The notes under the pieces: generated by a model
The model's input: the letters and a program-made list of their open reading frames with translations, nothing else
Told to the model about the DNA's origin: nothing
The model's database searches: none
Part shown: in pieces, positions 32,317 to 41,593 of the stretch
Position numbering within the stretch: the first letter of the stretch is position 1
Layout of the letters: each line of letters begins with the position of its first letter
Translations under genes and position numbers: made by a program
From: an uncultured Acidobacteriota bacterium
GTDB lineage: Bacteria > Acidobacteriota > Terriglobia > UBA7540
Length of the DNA stretch: 64,000 nt
Reading direction: 5' to 3'
Assembly (NCBI GenBank): GCA_963804995.1
Contig: CAWDSK010000006.1
Coordinates: 1,728,001-1,792,000 of the forward strand

Positions 32317-32568
32317 ATGACGTTGTACGACTACAAGGAGATGGGAATGTTCTGCTGCGATATGCTGGCGGAGGCGGTTGATCGCGAAGCGTTTTATTTT
32401 GGCGCCAAGCACCGCATTGACGATGGGCGGATTGTGAACGACGTGAACACCGAATACTTCATCAAAGCCGCCTCGACCCGCGGCTTCGATTATTATGGGG
32501 TCAATTACTGCCCTTTTTGCGGCCGCGCGCTATCGGTCGGCCTGTGGCAGGCGGAAAAGAAGAAGTAA
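32317..32568 (+). CDS. Small Cys-motif protein (CC...YCPFCG)
   Basis: FCCDML and NYCPFCG suggest metal binding. Confidence 0.55.
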   Translation: MTLYDYKEMGMFCCDMLAEAVDREAFYFGAKHRIDDGRIVNDVNTEYFIKAASTRGFDYYGVNYCPFCGRALSVGLWQAEKKK

Positions 32569-32829
32569 GGTGGCCCCCGCAGGTTAATTTGGCCCTGGCT
32601 AACCCCCTCACCCGTCCCGCCCCGGCTGATGAAAACGCCAGTTGCGGTCCACCCTCTCCCCCAAAGGGGCGAGGGCTATATACTCAAATTAACTCTCCCC
32701 TCGCCCCTTTGGGGGAGAGGGGCCTGGGGTGAGGGGGTCTTAAGGTTCAGCGAGACAGCCAAAAGCTCTTCACCTTTAAGATTTAAGTTTTGCGTTTTGA
32801 TCTTTTCTTGCTCCCCCGCCCCCGCCGGC

Positions 32830-33480
32830 CTACTCAAACGCAATCAACTTCAAGGTGGTAAGCGGAACGGAGTAGTCAAAAACATCTTGGCTGGAGGAAT
32901 CGTACTGCTCGGTGATTCCCAGCACGCGAACCTCCGCGGGCTGAGTGGTGGGCATCAGGAATTTCCCTGCCAGGGTCTTGCCTTCCCGAGTTGTGATGCT
33001 CAGGCGGTCACCCTGAATAGACACCGTGTCGGCCTTGGAGAAATCAACTTCATCCGCGCCACCGCCGTCGAGAACGAGCGGGAAACCCGTGACTGGAGGA
33101 ACCGACTCCAGCAGCGACCCGCGCCCTCCGGGAGGATAGAAGTCCAGATAAAGATCTGCGACGTGGGTGATCTTGCCGGCCTGGTCGGTGATGGTTGCCT
33201 TAAACCCGAAGCGCTTCCAGACCTCCACAATCTGGGCGCGCTGGTTGGTGTTGCCGGTCTGCACGTAAAAGGGCAAGGTGCCTTTATTCAGGTGAACCTT
33301 GGTGACCCGGCGCTCCTTAAGGTCAAAGTGTTTGTAGATCAGGAAAGAGGCATCCTCGTGGATGACGATGCAGTCTCTTTGCAACACCACCTGCTTGCCC
33401 TGTGCGGTCATCTGGTAGATAGTGTCGGCCAGCACGGGGTGCGCCAGGAGTCCCAGGCCGATACAGAACAGGAGTTTCAT
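32830..33480 (-). CDS. Secreted hypothetical protein
   Basis: Signal peptide; normal codon usage. Confidence 0.6.
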   Translation of the reverse strand: MKLLFCIGLGLLAHPVLADTIYQMTAQGKQVVLQRDCIVIHEDASFLIYKHFDLKERRVTKVHLNKGTLPFYVQTGNTNQRAQIVEVWKRFGFKATITDQAGKITHVADLYLDFYPPGGRGSLLESVPPVTGFPLVLDGGGADEVDFSKADTVSIQGDRLSITTREGKTLAGKFLMPTTQPAEVRVLGITEQYDSSSQDVFDYSVPLTTLKLIAFE

Positions 33481-33496
33481 GGTGGGTCCCCATCAA

Positions 33497-33541
33497 TAAA
33501 AAAGCCCCGCAGCAGGGTTCCGGTGGAGCCGCGGGGCTTTA
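33497..33541 (-). terminator. Rho-independent terminator
   Basis: aaagccccgc...gcggggcttt stem followed by a T-run on the minus strand. Confidence 0.6.
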
Positions 33542-33556
33542 CATTAAGAGCCAAAA

Positions 33557-34657
33557 CTAGCCCTTCTTTTTCTTGGTCGATTTGTATTCCGTGTCGACTT
33601 TACCCGTCAGTTGGTCCAGGCTGGCTTGCGAAGCCGCAGCCCACTGCCCGGTGGGGGCAAGCTTCAAGTAGGTCTGGAAAGCTTCCACCGTGCCCGGCGC
33701 TGCAACGACCGTCCCATCCGGCTTGAACTCCGCCTTCCCCATCAGGGCCATGCCATACCAATACCAGGCATTCGAGTTGGTGGGATCCAGATCCGTGCAC
33801 TTCTTCAGGGCCGCCCCGGCTTCATCCATCTTACCTTTGTTCACCAGGATGACACCCATGTTGTAATAATAGGCGGCTGCGCCAGTGGGGTTCAGGTCGA
33901 TAGCTTTCTGAAACTCCGCTTGCGCCTCTGGAATCTTTCCCATGTCCGCATAGAGGCTCCCCAGATTATTGTGCAGGGACGCATCACTTGGACTGGCTTC
34001 GAGGGCCTTCTGGTAATAACTCAGAGACTTATCTTGATCCGCCTTGCGGGCATCCGGCGTCGTTTCCAAAGTGGCGGCCTTGCTGTAAGTGTCCGCCAAG
34101 CGCGCCAAAATGACAGGAAAGTTCTTGTCCTTGGCGAGCGGCAGCGCTTGCTCATACATCCCGGCTGCCTCGGAGTAACGCTTCTGATTGTAGAGTACGG
34201 TCCCCTGGTCAAAGAGCGCCTTTAAGCCCGTGAACTGTTTCTGCTCCTTTTCCTCTACCGCCTTCTTTTGCTGGAATTCCGGGTTGGCTTCCGCCTCTTT
34301 CTTGGCAACATTCATTTCCTTTGCCATGTCAAAGTTTACTTCCGTGGGGTCGCCAAGTCCCACATGGTTTGTAATGTTAAAGATCGCATTCCCGCTCGGG
34401 TCCTTGAGCGTGACTTTGTACATCCCCGGCGCCAAGCCAATGTAAGTGTACTCACCCTTCTTATTGGTCTTGACCTTGGACGTCCATTTGATTTCCACCC
34501 GATCGAGTTGGACAGTGTACCCCGCCAGCACCGAGCCGTCCTGCCCTGTACACTTGCCTGTCAACCCTCCGGTTTGGGCAAACCCCGAAGCGCAAGCCAA
34601 AAGCGCTGCGCCGATGACTGCCACCCCTATCATCTTGCGCGCGCATGAACTAGACAT
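33557..34657 (-). CDS. Secreted TPR protein with carboxypeptidase-regulatory-like N-domain
   Basis: Signal peptide, KTNKKGEY..IGL.PG.Y, several TPR repeats. Confidence 0.8.
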   Translation of the reverse strand: MSSSCARKMIGVAVIGAALLACASGFAQTGGLTGKCTGQDGSVLAGYTVQLDRVEIKWTSKVKTNKKGEYTYIGLAPGMYKVTLKDPSGNAIFNITNHVGLGDPTEVNFDMAKEMNVAKKEAEANPEFQQKKAVEEKEQKQFTGLKALFDQGTVLYNQKRYSEAAGMYEQALPLAKDKNFPVILARLADTYSKAATLETTPDARKADQDKSLSYYQKALEASPSDASLHNNLGSLYADMGKIPEAQAEFQKAIDLNPTGAAAYYYNMGVILVNKGKMDEAGAALKKCTDLDPTNSNAWYWYGMALMGKAEFKPDGTVVAAPGTVEAFQTYLKLAPTGQWAAASQASLDQLTGKVDTEYKSTKKKKG

Positions 34658-34970
34658 AATTGCCTCCTCTCCCAATCGTAAATCATCATAATTGTAACGT
34701 GTTGGACGCTCAGACTCAACAGGGAGGTTGTCTTTCCGACCACAGCAAGAAATATCCTCCGAACGCCCCACGATCTCGATAGACGAGTGCGAAGAATCTC
34801 ACGAACTATGGGGTAAGGTCAATGAGGTTGTCAACTTTCTTTGACCATGGACCCGCTGTCCCCGATTTCGGTCTCCGTGACTGTGTCCTCGCCACCCCAA
34901 GCGCCAAAAAGGCAGACTTTGGGGCATTTCCACACTCCAGCCGGATACCCTGCAACCCAATGGCCAGCCT

Positions 34971-34997
34971 CACCGCAGAGGCGCTGAGACGCAGAGA
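34971..34997. repeat. 9-bp-periodic CACCGCAGAGGCGCTGAGACGCAGAGA repeat; inverted pair at 37766-37838
   Basis: Identical 27-mer at 34971 and 37766. Confidence 0.7.
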
Positions 34998-35055
34998 GCT
35001 TCGTAGCGCGGTCCCCCCCCCGCCTCTGGGGTCTGTGGCTCCTCGTAGGCTGGCG

Positions 35056-36968
35056 GTTGCGGTAGGGATACCGGTTACCCGGTACCCCCCGCACGGATCC
35101 GTACGTGCGCTGGTTAGCGCATACGGCTCTTATCTCGGATGTGTGGCGGCGAACCGTTGGGATGGCCAAGGATGCACAACGTGCGGAGCAGGCAACCAGC
35201 AGGCCGCAAGCTTCCCCAGTCGGTCCCAGTTGAGGCGGTGGCGTTGACTGCGTTGACGCAGTTGCGTTCGCCACAGTCGGGTCAACCGTTCCCGAAAGAT
35301 TCGCAGGCGGTCGAGGTTTCCCGGTACCGCGTGATAGTTGAAGTAGCCTTGCACGACCGACCGGAGCCATTTACCCGTATCCGCGATGGGATCGTGCCGA
35401 CGCTGCCGGAGTTGTTGCTTGAGTTCCTGCAACTTCCCCCGCAGGCGCTTGCTGATCGTCTTCCGCTTCACGGTAAATTGCCCCCTCCGGTTCTTCCCGC
35501 TGATATGCGTGAAGCCCAGAAAGTCGAACGTCTCCGGCTTACCTTCTCCTCTCCGTTTCCGGTAAAGTTCGGCAAACGGCCCGAACTCGATCCGGCGCGT
35601 TTTGTCAGGATGCAGTTCCAATCCAAACTTCCCCACCCGCTCCCGGAAATCCTCCAGAAAGCGGTCGGCTTCCGTCTGCGATTGGAATCCAAGGACCGTA
35701 TCGTCGGCATACCGCACCACGACCACGTCTCCCCGGGCGTGCTTCTTGCGCCACGCCTGCACCCACAGGTCAAAGACGTAGTGCAGATAGATATTCGCCA
35801 GCAGGGGCGAGACCACCGCCCCTTGTGGCGTACCCATCTCCGTCTCCGACCATTCGCCTTCCTCCCTCACCCCGGCTTTCAGCCATTTCTGGATGAGCCG
35901 GAGAATCCGGGGGTCGGCGACGCGATGCTGCACGAACTTGAGCATCCATTCGTGGGATATCGAATCGAAAAATCCACGAATGTCCGCGTCAAGAACGTAG
36001 TTCACGTGCTTCACCGTGAGCGCGTACGAGAGCGCGTCCAGCGCTTGATGCTGGCTGCATCCCGGTCGAAAGCCATACGAGAAGCCCAGAAAGTCTTCCT
36101 CGTAAATCGCCTTGAGGATGGTGACCACGGCCTGTTGGACGATCTTGTCCTCCAGTGCCGCAACCCCCAACGGACGTTGCCGCCCGTCGCCTTTCGGGAT
36201 ATACGCCCTTCGCGAGGGCTTCGCTCGGAATGCTCCGCGGTGGACCCGGCTGTGCAGATCGACGAGTCGACCTTCCAGCCCGCTTTCATACTCCTGCCAC
36301 GTCATGCCGTCTACTCCCGGTGCAGCTTTTCGCTTCAAGGCGTAAAAGCTTTCCCGCAGCAGATCGACCGTTAAGTGGTGGAGCAAGGCCGTGAACTTCA
36401 TCTCCCTGTGTTCCTTCGCGGCTTTCCGCACACCCGCGAGTCCCTGGGACACGCGTGCCCCGCTCTGTGTCGGGTGCGTGTTAGGCCAACGGGTGTTCTC
36501 CTTGATCAGCGGCCTTCCCTCCTCATTCTCCGCCAACGGCTTCCCGTCTTTGTTCAAATGATTCATCGGTACTGTTCCGCTGTCCGACTCCTCGAAAGCG
36601 TGCAGGCGGGCTGTACGGCCATCGCCTTTTCCCGCCGTCCGGCCACGATCTACGGCGGCCGGCGCCTCCGAGGTCTCCCGGTTCTCGTGCAGAAAGTGTC
36701 TAGGCGTGTCTGGGGTCTACGACTACGCAGGACTGTGCCGGAACTCGCGTTGGCGTCCCGGCCTCATGTTGCCTTCCGTTTAGTCTGAAAACGTCGGCGT
36801 CCTGATTGGACATTTTCGAAGCTCAATACCCAGCCCACCTATTCCCCTGTTTACGCTTCACCGTGCGCCTCACGACGCCCAGCGCAAAACTCGGGGCCGA
36901 GTGGATCGCTACTCCTTCCTCGTGAGAAATTTTCATTCTCTGCTTTCTGCCGGTTTATCCCGGCGCAC
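35056..36968 (-). mobile_element. Complete group II intron (IIB-like, probably bacterial class E)
   Basis: 5' GTGCG at 36968; domain V GAGCCGTATGCG...CGCACGTACGGATC; domain VI ending CCCTACCGCAAC at 35056; EBS1 loop CAGACT pairs with exon GGTCTG. Confidence 0.9.
35130..36566 (-). CDS. ltrA: Group II intron reverse transcriptase/maturase, no endonuclease domain
   Basis: APGVDG, RPLG, SYGFRP, GTPQG, RYADD, FDFLGF, domain X YFNYH. Confidence 0.93.
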   Translation of the reverse strand: MNHLNKDGKPLAENEEGRPLIKENTRWPNTHPTQSGARVSQGLAGVRKAAKEHREMKFTALLHHLTVDLLRESFYALKRKAAPGVDGMTWQEYESGLEGRLVDLHSRVHRGAFRAKPSRRAYIPKGDGRQRPLGVAALEDKIVQQAVVTILKAIYEEDFLGFSYGFRPGCSQHQALDALSYALTVKHVNYVLDADIRGFFDSISHEWMLKFVQHRVADPRILRLIQKWLKAGVREEGEWSETEMGTPQGAVVSPLLANIYLHYVFDLWVQAWRKKHARGDVVVVRYADDTVLGFQSQTEADRFLEDFRERVGKFGLELHPDKTRRIEFGPFAELYRKRRGEGKPETFDFLGFTHISGKNRRGQFTVKRKTISKRLRGKLQELKQQLRQRRHDPIADTGKWLRSVVQGYFNYHAVPGNLDRLRIFRERLTRLWRTQLRQRSQRHRLNWDRLGKLAACWLPAPHVVHPWPSQRFAATHPR

Positions 36969-37018
36969 CAGACCCCTGTACTTGGGGGTCTGCGACGCAC
37001 CAAAAGGGCAGGGATAAG

Positions 37019-37753
37019 TCACGAGCTTGAAGCATTGCTCCGCTCGCACTGGGGCCGCTGCGCGTAGGGGATAGGATCCTCCACCTCAGCCTCCCGGAAA
37101 GCACGCAAGCGCAAAGCACAGCTATCGCACACTCCGCATGCGGTGTCCTGGCCCTGGTAGCACGACCAGGTAAGCTCGAACGGCGCACCCAGTTCCAGGC
37201 CGCGCCGCACAATCTCACTCTTCCGCATGTGGATGACCGGGGTCACGATTTCAAGTTGTGTCTCGGGCTTGGTTCCGGCGGCAATCACTCGATTAAACGC
37301 TTCGTAATATTCCGGACGGCAATCGGGGTATCCGGAGCTGTCTTCCGCCACCGCACCAATGAAGATCTTTCGTGCTCCCAGGACTTCTCCCCAGGAGACG
37401 GCGATGGAAATGAAGTGTGCGTTGCGGAACGGAACGTAGCTCGAAGGGATACCCTGCCTCTCGAGATTAGCAAGCTCAACCTTGATGTTGGGATCCGTCA
37501 AGCTTGACCCGCCAATCTGTTTCAAGTGATCGAGGCAGCACACCAAACGATGCTCGGCCCGGTAGAAGTCCGCCAAGGCGTGGAAGGCGCGGAGTTCACG
37601 AGCTTCCGTGCGCTGTCCGTAACCGACGTGCAGCATGGCAAGCCGATAATCGAGGTACGCAATCGCGGTCGTGACACAACTGTCCATGCCGCCACTGGCG
37701 AGCACGACAGCAAGGGCTTTGTCCGTGGTCCGTCGTCCGTTGTCCGTGGTCAT
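37019..37753 (-). CDS. queC: 7-cyano-7-deazaguanine synthase
   Basis: SGGMDS, YGQR, YVPFRN, GYPDCR, TWSCY, CGVCDSC. Confidence 0.95.
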   Translation of the reverse strand: MTTDNGRRTTDKALAVVLASGGMDSCVTTAIAYLDYRLAMLHVGYGQRTEARELRAFHALADFYRAEHRLVCCLDHLKQIGGSSLTDPNIKVELANLERQGIPSSYVPFRNAHFISIAVSWGEVLGARKIFIGAVAEDSSGYPDCRPEYYEAFNRVIAAGTKPETQLEIVTPVIHMRKSEIVRRGLELGAPFELTWSCYQGQDTACGVCDSCALRLRAFREAEVEDPIPYAQRPQCERSNASSS

Positions 37754-37872
37754 GGTTCGTTCATTCACCGCAGAGGCGCTGAGACGCAGAGAAAAGCCCA
37801 TTGGTTTTCGAAGCTCTGCATCTCAGCGCCTCTGCGGTTGATATAGTTAGTTCCCAATCCCAACCCCGGTTC

Positions 37873-38511
37873 TTAAACTCCCCTAGTTTCCGGGTCCCAA
37901 ATGAATTTATGAATCTGCATGCCCATGCGGACGCGCAGCCTGTCGCGCAGGATCCAATCGGCAAGCTGGCGGGGCGGCATTTGGCCGAATACCGGCGAGA
38001 GAATGATTTCGTCAACGCGTTTCTTCAGTTCATGCTTCGACATAAACTCGCAGGCGTAGCGATAGTCGGCTTCATCCGCAATCACAAACTTGACTTGATC
38101 TTTCCGTTCCAAGACTTCCAGGTTGTCGGAGCAGAATTGCCCGCCCTCGCCGCTCCCCGGGCACTTGACGTCCATGATCTTGACAACGGCGCGCGGCAGC
38201 CGGCGGATGGACCGTTCCCCGCTCGTCTCGATGAGAACCTGGAACTCCTCAGCCAGCAGGCGCTCGGTCAAGGGATAGACGTCGTCCTGGAGCAGCGGCT
38301 CGCCGCCCGTCAGTTCCACCAATTTGCCGCCGAAGTCGCGAACTCGAGCCATGACCTCATCCACGGTCATCTTCTGGCCGCCATGAAAGGCGTAAGCGGT
38401 GTCGCACCAATGGCAGCGCAGATTACATCCCGTCAGGCGGACGAAGACGCAGGGAAGCCCCGCGAAAGTGGACTCACCCTGAATCGATTTGAAGATTTCA
38501 GTAATGACCAT
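37873..38511 (-). CDS. queE: 7-carboxy-7-deazaguanine synthase (radical SAM)
   Basis: SIQGE, FVRLTGCNLRCHWCDT, TGGEPL, QIHK. Confidence 0.93.
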   Translation of the reverse strand: MVITEIFKSIQGESTFAGLPCVFVRLTGCNLRCHWCDTAYAFHGGQKMTVDEVMARVRDFGGKLVELTGGEPLLQDDVYPLTERLLAEEFQVLIETSGERSIRRLPRAVVKIMDVKCPGSGEGGQFCSDNLEVLERKDQVKFVIADEADYRYACEFMSKHELKKRVDEIILSPVFGQMPPRQLADWILRDRLRVRMGMQIHKFIWDPETRGV

Positions 38512-38576
38512 GCGCTATAAGACCCCTGGCCGCTCCCGAATCATTTTACATGATTTCCCGGCAGGCTGAGGGAAGC

Positions 38577-39898
38577 GGGAGTGTCACAGTTTGAATTTCA
38601 TCTCGCTGGACAGACGGCGGAGCGGTATTAGGATGGATGCATGAAGCGCCTCCGCAAGCCACTCCGCAAAGACCCCATCCAGCTACTTTACTAAGATCGT
38701 AAGGTCGACAAGAGGTTGCGGGCCGCTCCCCCGATAAAAAAGATTACTGACTATATATGGACAATCGAGCAAATACCTGCTAATGTGGGTCGCTTTAAAT
38801 GGGAGGAATTATGGGAAATCAGATTCCAGTGCAGGTAATCCACCAAGCCAAGGATCCCAGCGCTCTCCCGGCTTACGTCTCCTTTTCATCGGAAATAATG
38901 CCATTTACCACCGAGAGTCTTATCGCGCTGCTATCTCACCTATCGAACCAGGGAGTGCGACATGTTTACCTGATGATCTCCACTCCCGGAGGGAGTTTCA
39001 TGCACGGCATGAATCTCTATAATGTCCTTCGTGCCTTCTCCTTCAAGTTAACCACACATAATGTTGGGAATGTCGACTCGATTGGGAACGCAATTTTTCT
39101 AGCCGGGGAGGAAAGATTTGCGTGCCCGCACTCCACCTTCATGTTTCACGGAGTCACCACGCAAGTTCCCGCGATTACTGCCGAGGCCAAATCCCTACGG
39201 GAGCGTCTTGATGCGATCAGCGGCGTTATCCAGAGGAACGGGAATACTCTCGTGGGGCGGACTCGGATTAGGCATGAGGATGTTAATGATTTGTTCGGTG
39301 AAGCCAGCACCAGAGACGCGGCATTTGCCGTGGGTGGCGGATTTACTCACGAGGTTCGCGATACCAGGATGGGCTCCGGCGCCTCCGTGTCCTCCCTGAT
39401 GACTGCCGAGGCCAAATCCCTACGGGAGCGCCTTGACACAATCACGGGCGATATTCAGAGGATTGGGAACATCCTCGTGGAGCGCACTCGGATTAAGCAG
39501 GAAGAGATTAATGATTTGTTCGGTGAAGCCAGTACCAAAGACGCGGCATTTGCCGTGGGCTGCGGGATTGTTCACGAGGTTCGTGATGTCAAAATTCCCG
39601 TAGGCGCCTCCGTATTTTCTCTCGTATTCCAACGCTAAAGCGTTGCAATCGTTGCAAGGCATCGACGGCCTGGTTCTTGAGTCACGCATGATCTGCTCCT
39701 GATAGGTGGGACAGGACACTTTCCAGAAAACCTGAGGGGCTGCTTCAATGAGGTAAAAAGCTATTCCCCACTGCCAAGTCCAGCGCGCCATACTAGCCGC
39801 AGGTTACCATGTAGTCAAGTATAATTTCTAACAATTAATTTTCAAGTCGGCTGTCGCAGAATTGGCTCTATCAAAGTTATTCAAACTGAGACACTGCC
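38577..39898. mobile_element. Non-autonomous IS-derived cassette (TIRs + 8-bp TSD, no transposase)
   Basis: TIRs GGGAGTGTCACAGTTTGAAT / GGCAGTGTCTCAGTTTGAAT (18/20); AGGGAAGC at 38569-38576 and 39899-39906. Confidence 0.85.
38811..39638 (+). CDS. ClpP-like serine protease with internal 75-aa duplication
   Basis: ISTPGG, VDSIG (Ser), FLAGEER, FMFHG (His); 225-bp tandem duplication. Confidence 0.8.
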   Translation: MGNQIPVQVIHQAKDPSALPAYVSFSSEIMPFTTESLIALLSHLSNQGVRHVYLMISTPGGSFMHGMNLYNVLRAFSFKLTTHNVGNVDSIGNAIFLAGEERFACPHSTFMFHGVTTQVPAITAEAKSLRERLDAISGVIQRNGNTLVGRTRIRHEDVNDLFGEASTRDAAFAVGGGFTHEVRDTRMGSGASVSSLMTAEAKSLRERLDTITGDIQRIGNILVERTRIKQEEINDLFGEASTKDAAFAVGCGIVHEVRDVKIPVGASVFSLVFQR

Positions 39899-40038
39899 AG
39901 GGAAGCAGGCTGGGAGGATCTGCGTCTCAAAACGGGACATTGCGTTCCAAATTGGGGGAATTTGCCTACAAATTGTCATTTATTGACGCCTAGAGTTGAC
40001 CGCCGTCAAATTCTCTGGCCCGGCTATTAAGTTGAATC

Positions 40039-40065
40039 TAAGCTAGTTGCTCAAACTGCCGATAT
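40039..40065 (+). promoter_or_regulatory. sigma28-type promoter
   Basis: TAAG-N15-GCCGATAT. Confidence 0.5.
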
Positions 40066-40086
40066 TAAGTGTAGGGAAGCCTAACC

Positions 40087-40103
40087 ATGGCATCCAGGTT
40101 GCA
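40087..40103 (+). promoter_or_regulatory. sigma54-type promoter
   Basis: TGGCATC-CAGG-TTGCA with exact -24/-12 spacing. Confidence 0.6.
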
Positions 40104-40133
40104 TCCAATTAAGCAGTAGGCGAGGTGCTGATT

Positions 40134-40379
40134 ATGCTTAGCCACGACGAGATGCAGAAGATCAGGGAAGAGCGGGAAGTCATGGACACTTGGCGAAAGG
40201 TCTCGCGGCACGTTGTCGCTGACCTGCTGGAGGTCTGCGCCATTTGCGGGACCGTCCGCGAAAGGGTTCACCTAACCCACTGCCGCTGGTGCGAAGACAC
40301 TTATATTTGCAAGGAAGGCGTCTGCGCCCAGCAACACCAGGCGGAATTGCATCCCGCAGTGGCTTTCTGGACTTGGTAA
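40134..40379 (+). CDS. Small Cys/His-rich putative zinc-finger protein
   Basis: CAIC-x11-CRWC-x5-C-x4-C-x3-H-x4-H; GAGGTG SD. Confidence 0.65.
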   Translation: MLSHDEMQKIREEREVMDTWRKVSRHVVADLLEVCAICGTVRERVHLTHCRWCEDTYICKEGVCAQQHQAELHPAVAFWTW

Positions 40380-40434
40380 GTCAGCTCCGGCTGGTCCGCG
40401 TTTGGAAAATCCCTTTACCTGTGCCGAAGGCACT

Positions 40435-40469
40435 TTGGACTGCGGTAGCTGCTGCTACCGCACTCTAAG
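40435..40469. repeat. REP-like TTGGA.TGCGGTAGC.GC.GCTACCGC family; also 41248-41280 and a doublet at 45314-45410
   Basis: Same palindrome at the three sites. Confidence 0.7.
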
Positions 40470-40515
40470 GTGCTAACCCCTACCCCCCCATCGGTAACTA
40501 TCGAGCCCGAGGCAT

Positions 40516-40552
40516 TTGACATATTTCCTTAAGCGCGGTATGGTTTTCCATA
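40516..40552 (+). promoter_or_regulatory. sigma70 promoter with overlapping palindrome; probably leaderless transcript
   Basis: TTGACA-N17-TATGGT, ATG 7 nt downstream; TATGG-N4-CCATA inverted repeat. Confidence 0.6.
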
Positions 40553-40818
40553 TGAAGACGACTTTGATCATCCCGGACCCTATCTTCCGTGATTTGAAGC
40601 ATCGCGCCGCGGAGCGTGGCGAGACTCTTTCCGCGCTGGTCAGCGAATACCTGCGCCAGGGTCTGCGTGAAAGCCGCAAACTCCAGGGTCCCTTTCGCTT
40701 TCCCACCTTCAGCGCCGGTCTCCCCAAAGTAGACGTCGCCGATCGTCAGGCCCTGTATGACGTGCTCGATGCCGAGCGCGACGCGCGGCTCTATAGACGG
40801 GCCGGAAAGAAAGGCTGA
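40552..40818 (+). CDS. VapB-like RHH antitoxin
   Basis: MKTTL.IPD......K.RAA..G.TLS.LV. Confidence 0.8.
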   Translation: MKTTLIIPDPIFRDLKHRAAERGETLSALVSEYLRQGLRESRKLQGPFRFPTFSAGLPKVDVADRQALYDVLDAERDARLYRRAGKKG

Positions 40819-40820
40819 GA

Positions 40821-41261
40821 GTGTTTGTTGTCGACACGAATCTCCTGATCTACGCGGCCATTCGGGAATTCCCCGAACACGATCAGGCCACCAAGCTCGT
40901 GGCAAAGTGGGGATCGGCGGCGGAGCCTTGGTGCATTACTTGGTCGATTGCCTACGAATTCCTGAGGGTGGTCACGCATCGGGCCGCCCTTCCCCGTCCC
41001 CTCACCTTCGCCGATGCCTGGAGTTTCATCGACAGCCTTCGCGGGTCGCCCTCCTTTGGAATCCTGGTGGAAACGGACCGCCACGCGGAAGTGGTTCGCG
41101 ACCTCACCCGTGAATACCCGCGCCTTTCCGGCAACCGTTTGCATGATCTTCACATCGCCGCGGTCATGAGAGAGCACGGCGTGCTGGAGATTCGCACCGC
41201 CGATACCGGTTTCCACCAATTCAAATTCCTGCGCGTCGTTAATCCGCTTGGACTGCGGTAG
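40821..41261 (+). CDS. vapC: VapC PIN-domain toxin
   Basis: VDTNLLIYA, EFLRVVT, HD..IAA, TAD..F. Confidence 0.88.
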   Translation: MFVVDTNLLIYAAIREFPEHDQATKLVAKWGSAAEPWCITWSIAYEFLRVVTHRAALPRPLTFADAWSFIDSLRGSPSFGILVETDRHAEVVRDLTREYPRLSGNRLHDLHIAAVMREHGVLEIRTADTGFHQFKFLRVVNPLGLR

Positions 41262-41521
41262 CAGCAGCTACCGCTTTCCCATTTCTCGATCAAGTACGAT
41301 TCCCGTATGGGCCACAGCGGGCGGAGCGATGTCTCGGAGCGTCACGAGGAGCTCCTCTGGCGCGACCTGGACCCACACGCCAGCAAACGGCGGCAGCGGA
41401 GGCGGGACTGATGCCGCTTCTAATCGACTTCCAAGCTCTGGTCACTACGGACCGGCGCGACTTCCGGCGCGTTCGCCCCAAGCATATCCCCGCCTTCACT
41501 CTCCTGCCTTGAACATCACCC

Positions 41522-41561
41522 TTACTCGTACCGCAGCGCCACCGTGGTTACCTGCTCCTCC
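41522..41561 (-). pseudogene. Collapsed ABC-permease remnant (SD + VALRYE*)
   Basis: GGAGGAG...ACC ACG GTG GCG CTG CGG TAC GAG TAA. Confidence 0.55.
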
Positions 41562-41593
41562 AACAGGCGCTGGAAAGTTGCGATTCACTGACT

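Noticed and set aside
35139..36374. Long antisense ORFs (also 15575..16612, 32629..33726, 47510..48625, 61253..62452)
   Set aside because: Shadows of real genes on the opposite strand in GC-rich DNA; no recognisable motifs
39177..39626. DGR template/variable repeat pair near a reverse transcriptase
   Set aside because: Differences involve all four bases and many are synonymous, not adenine-specific; both copies are in one ORF; the RT lies inside a complete group II intron
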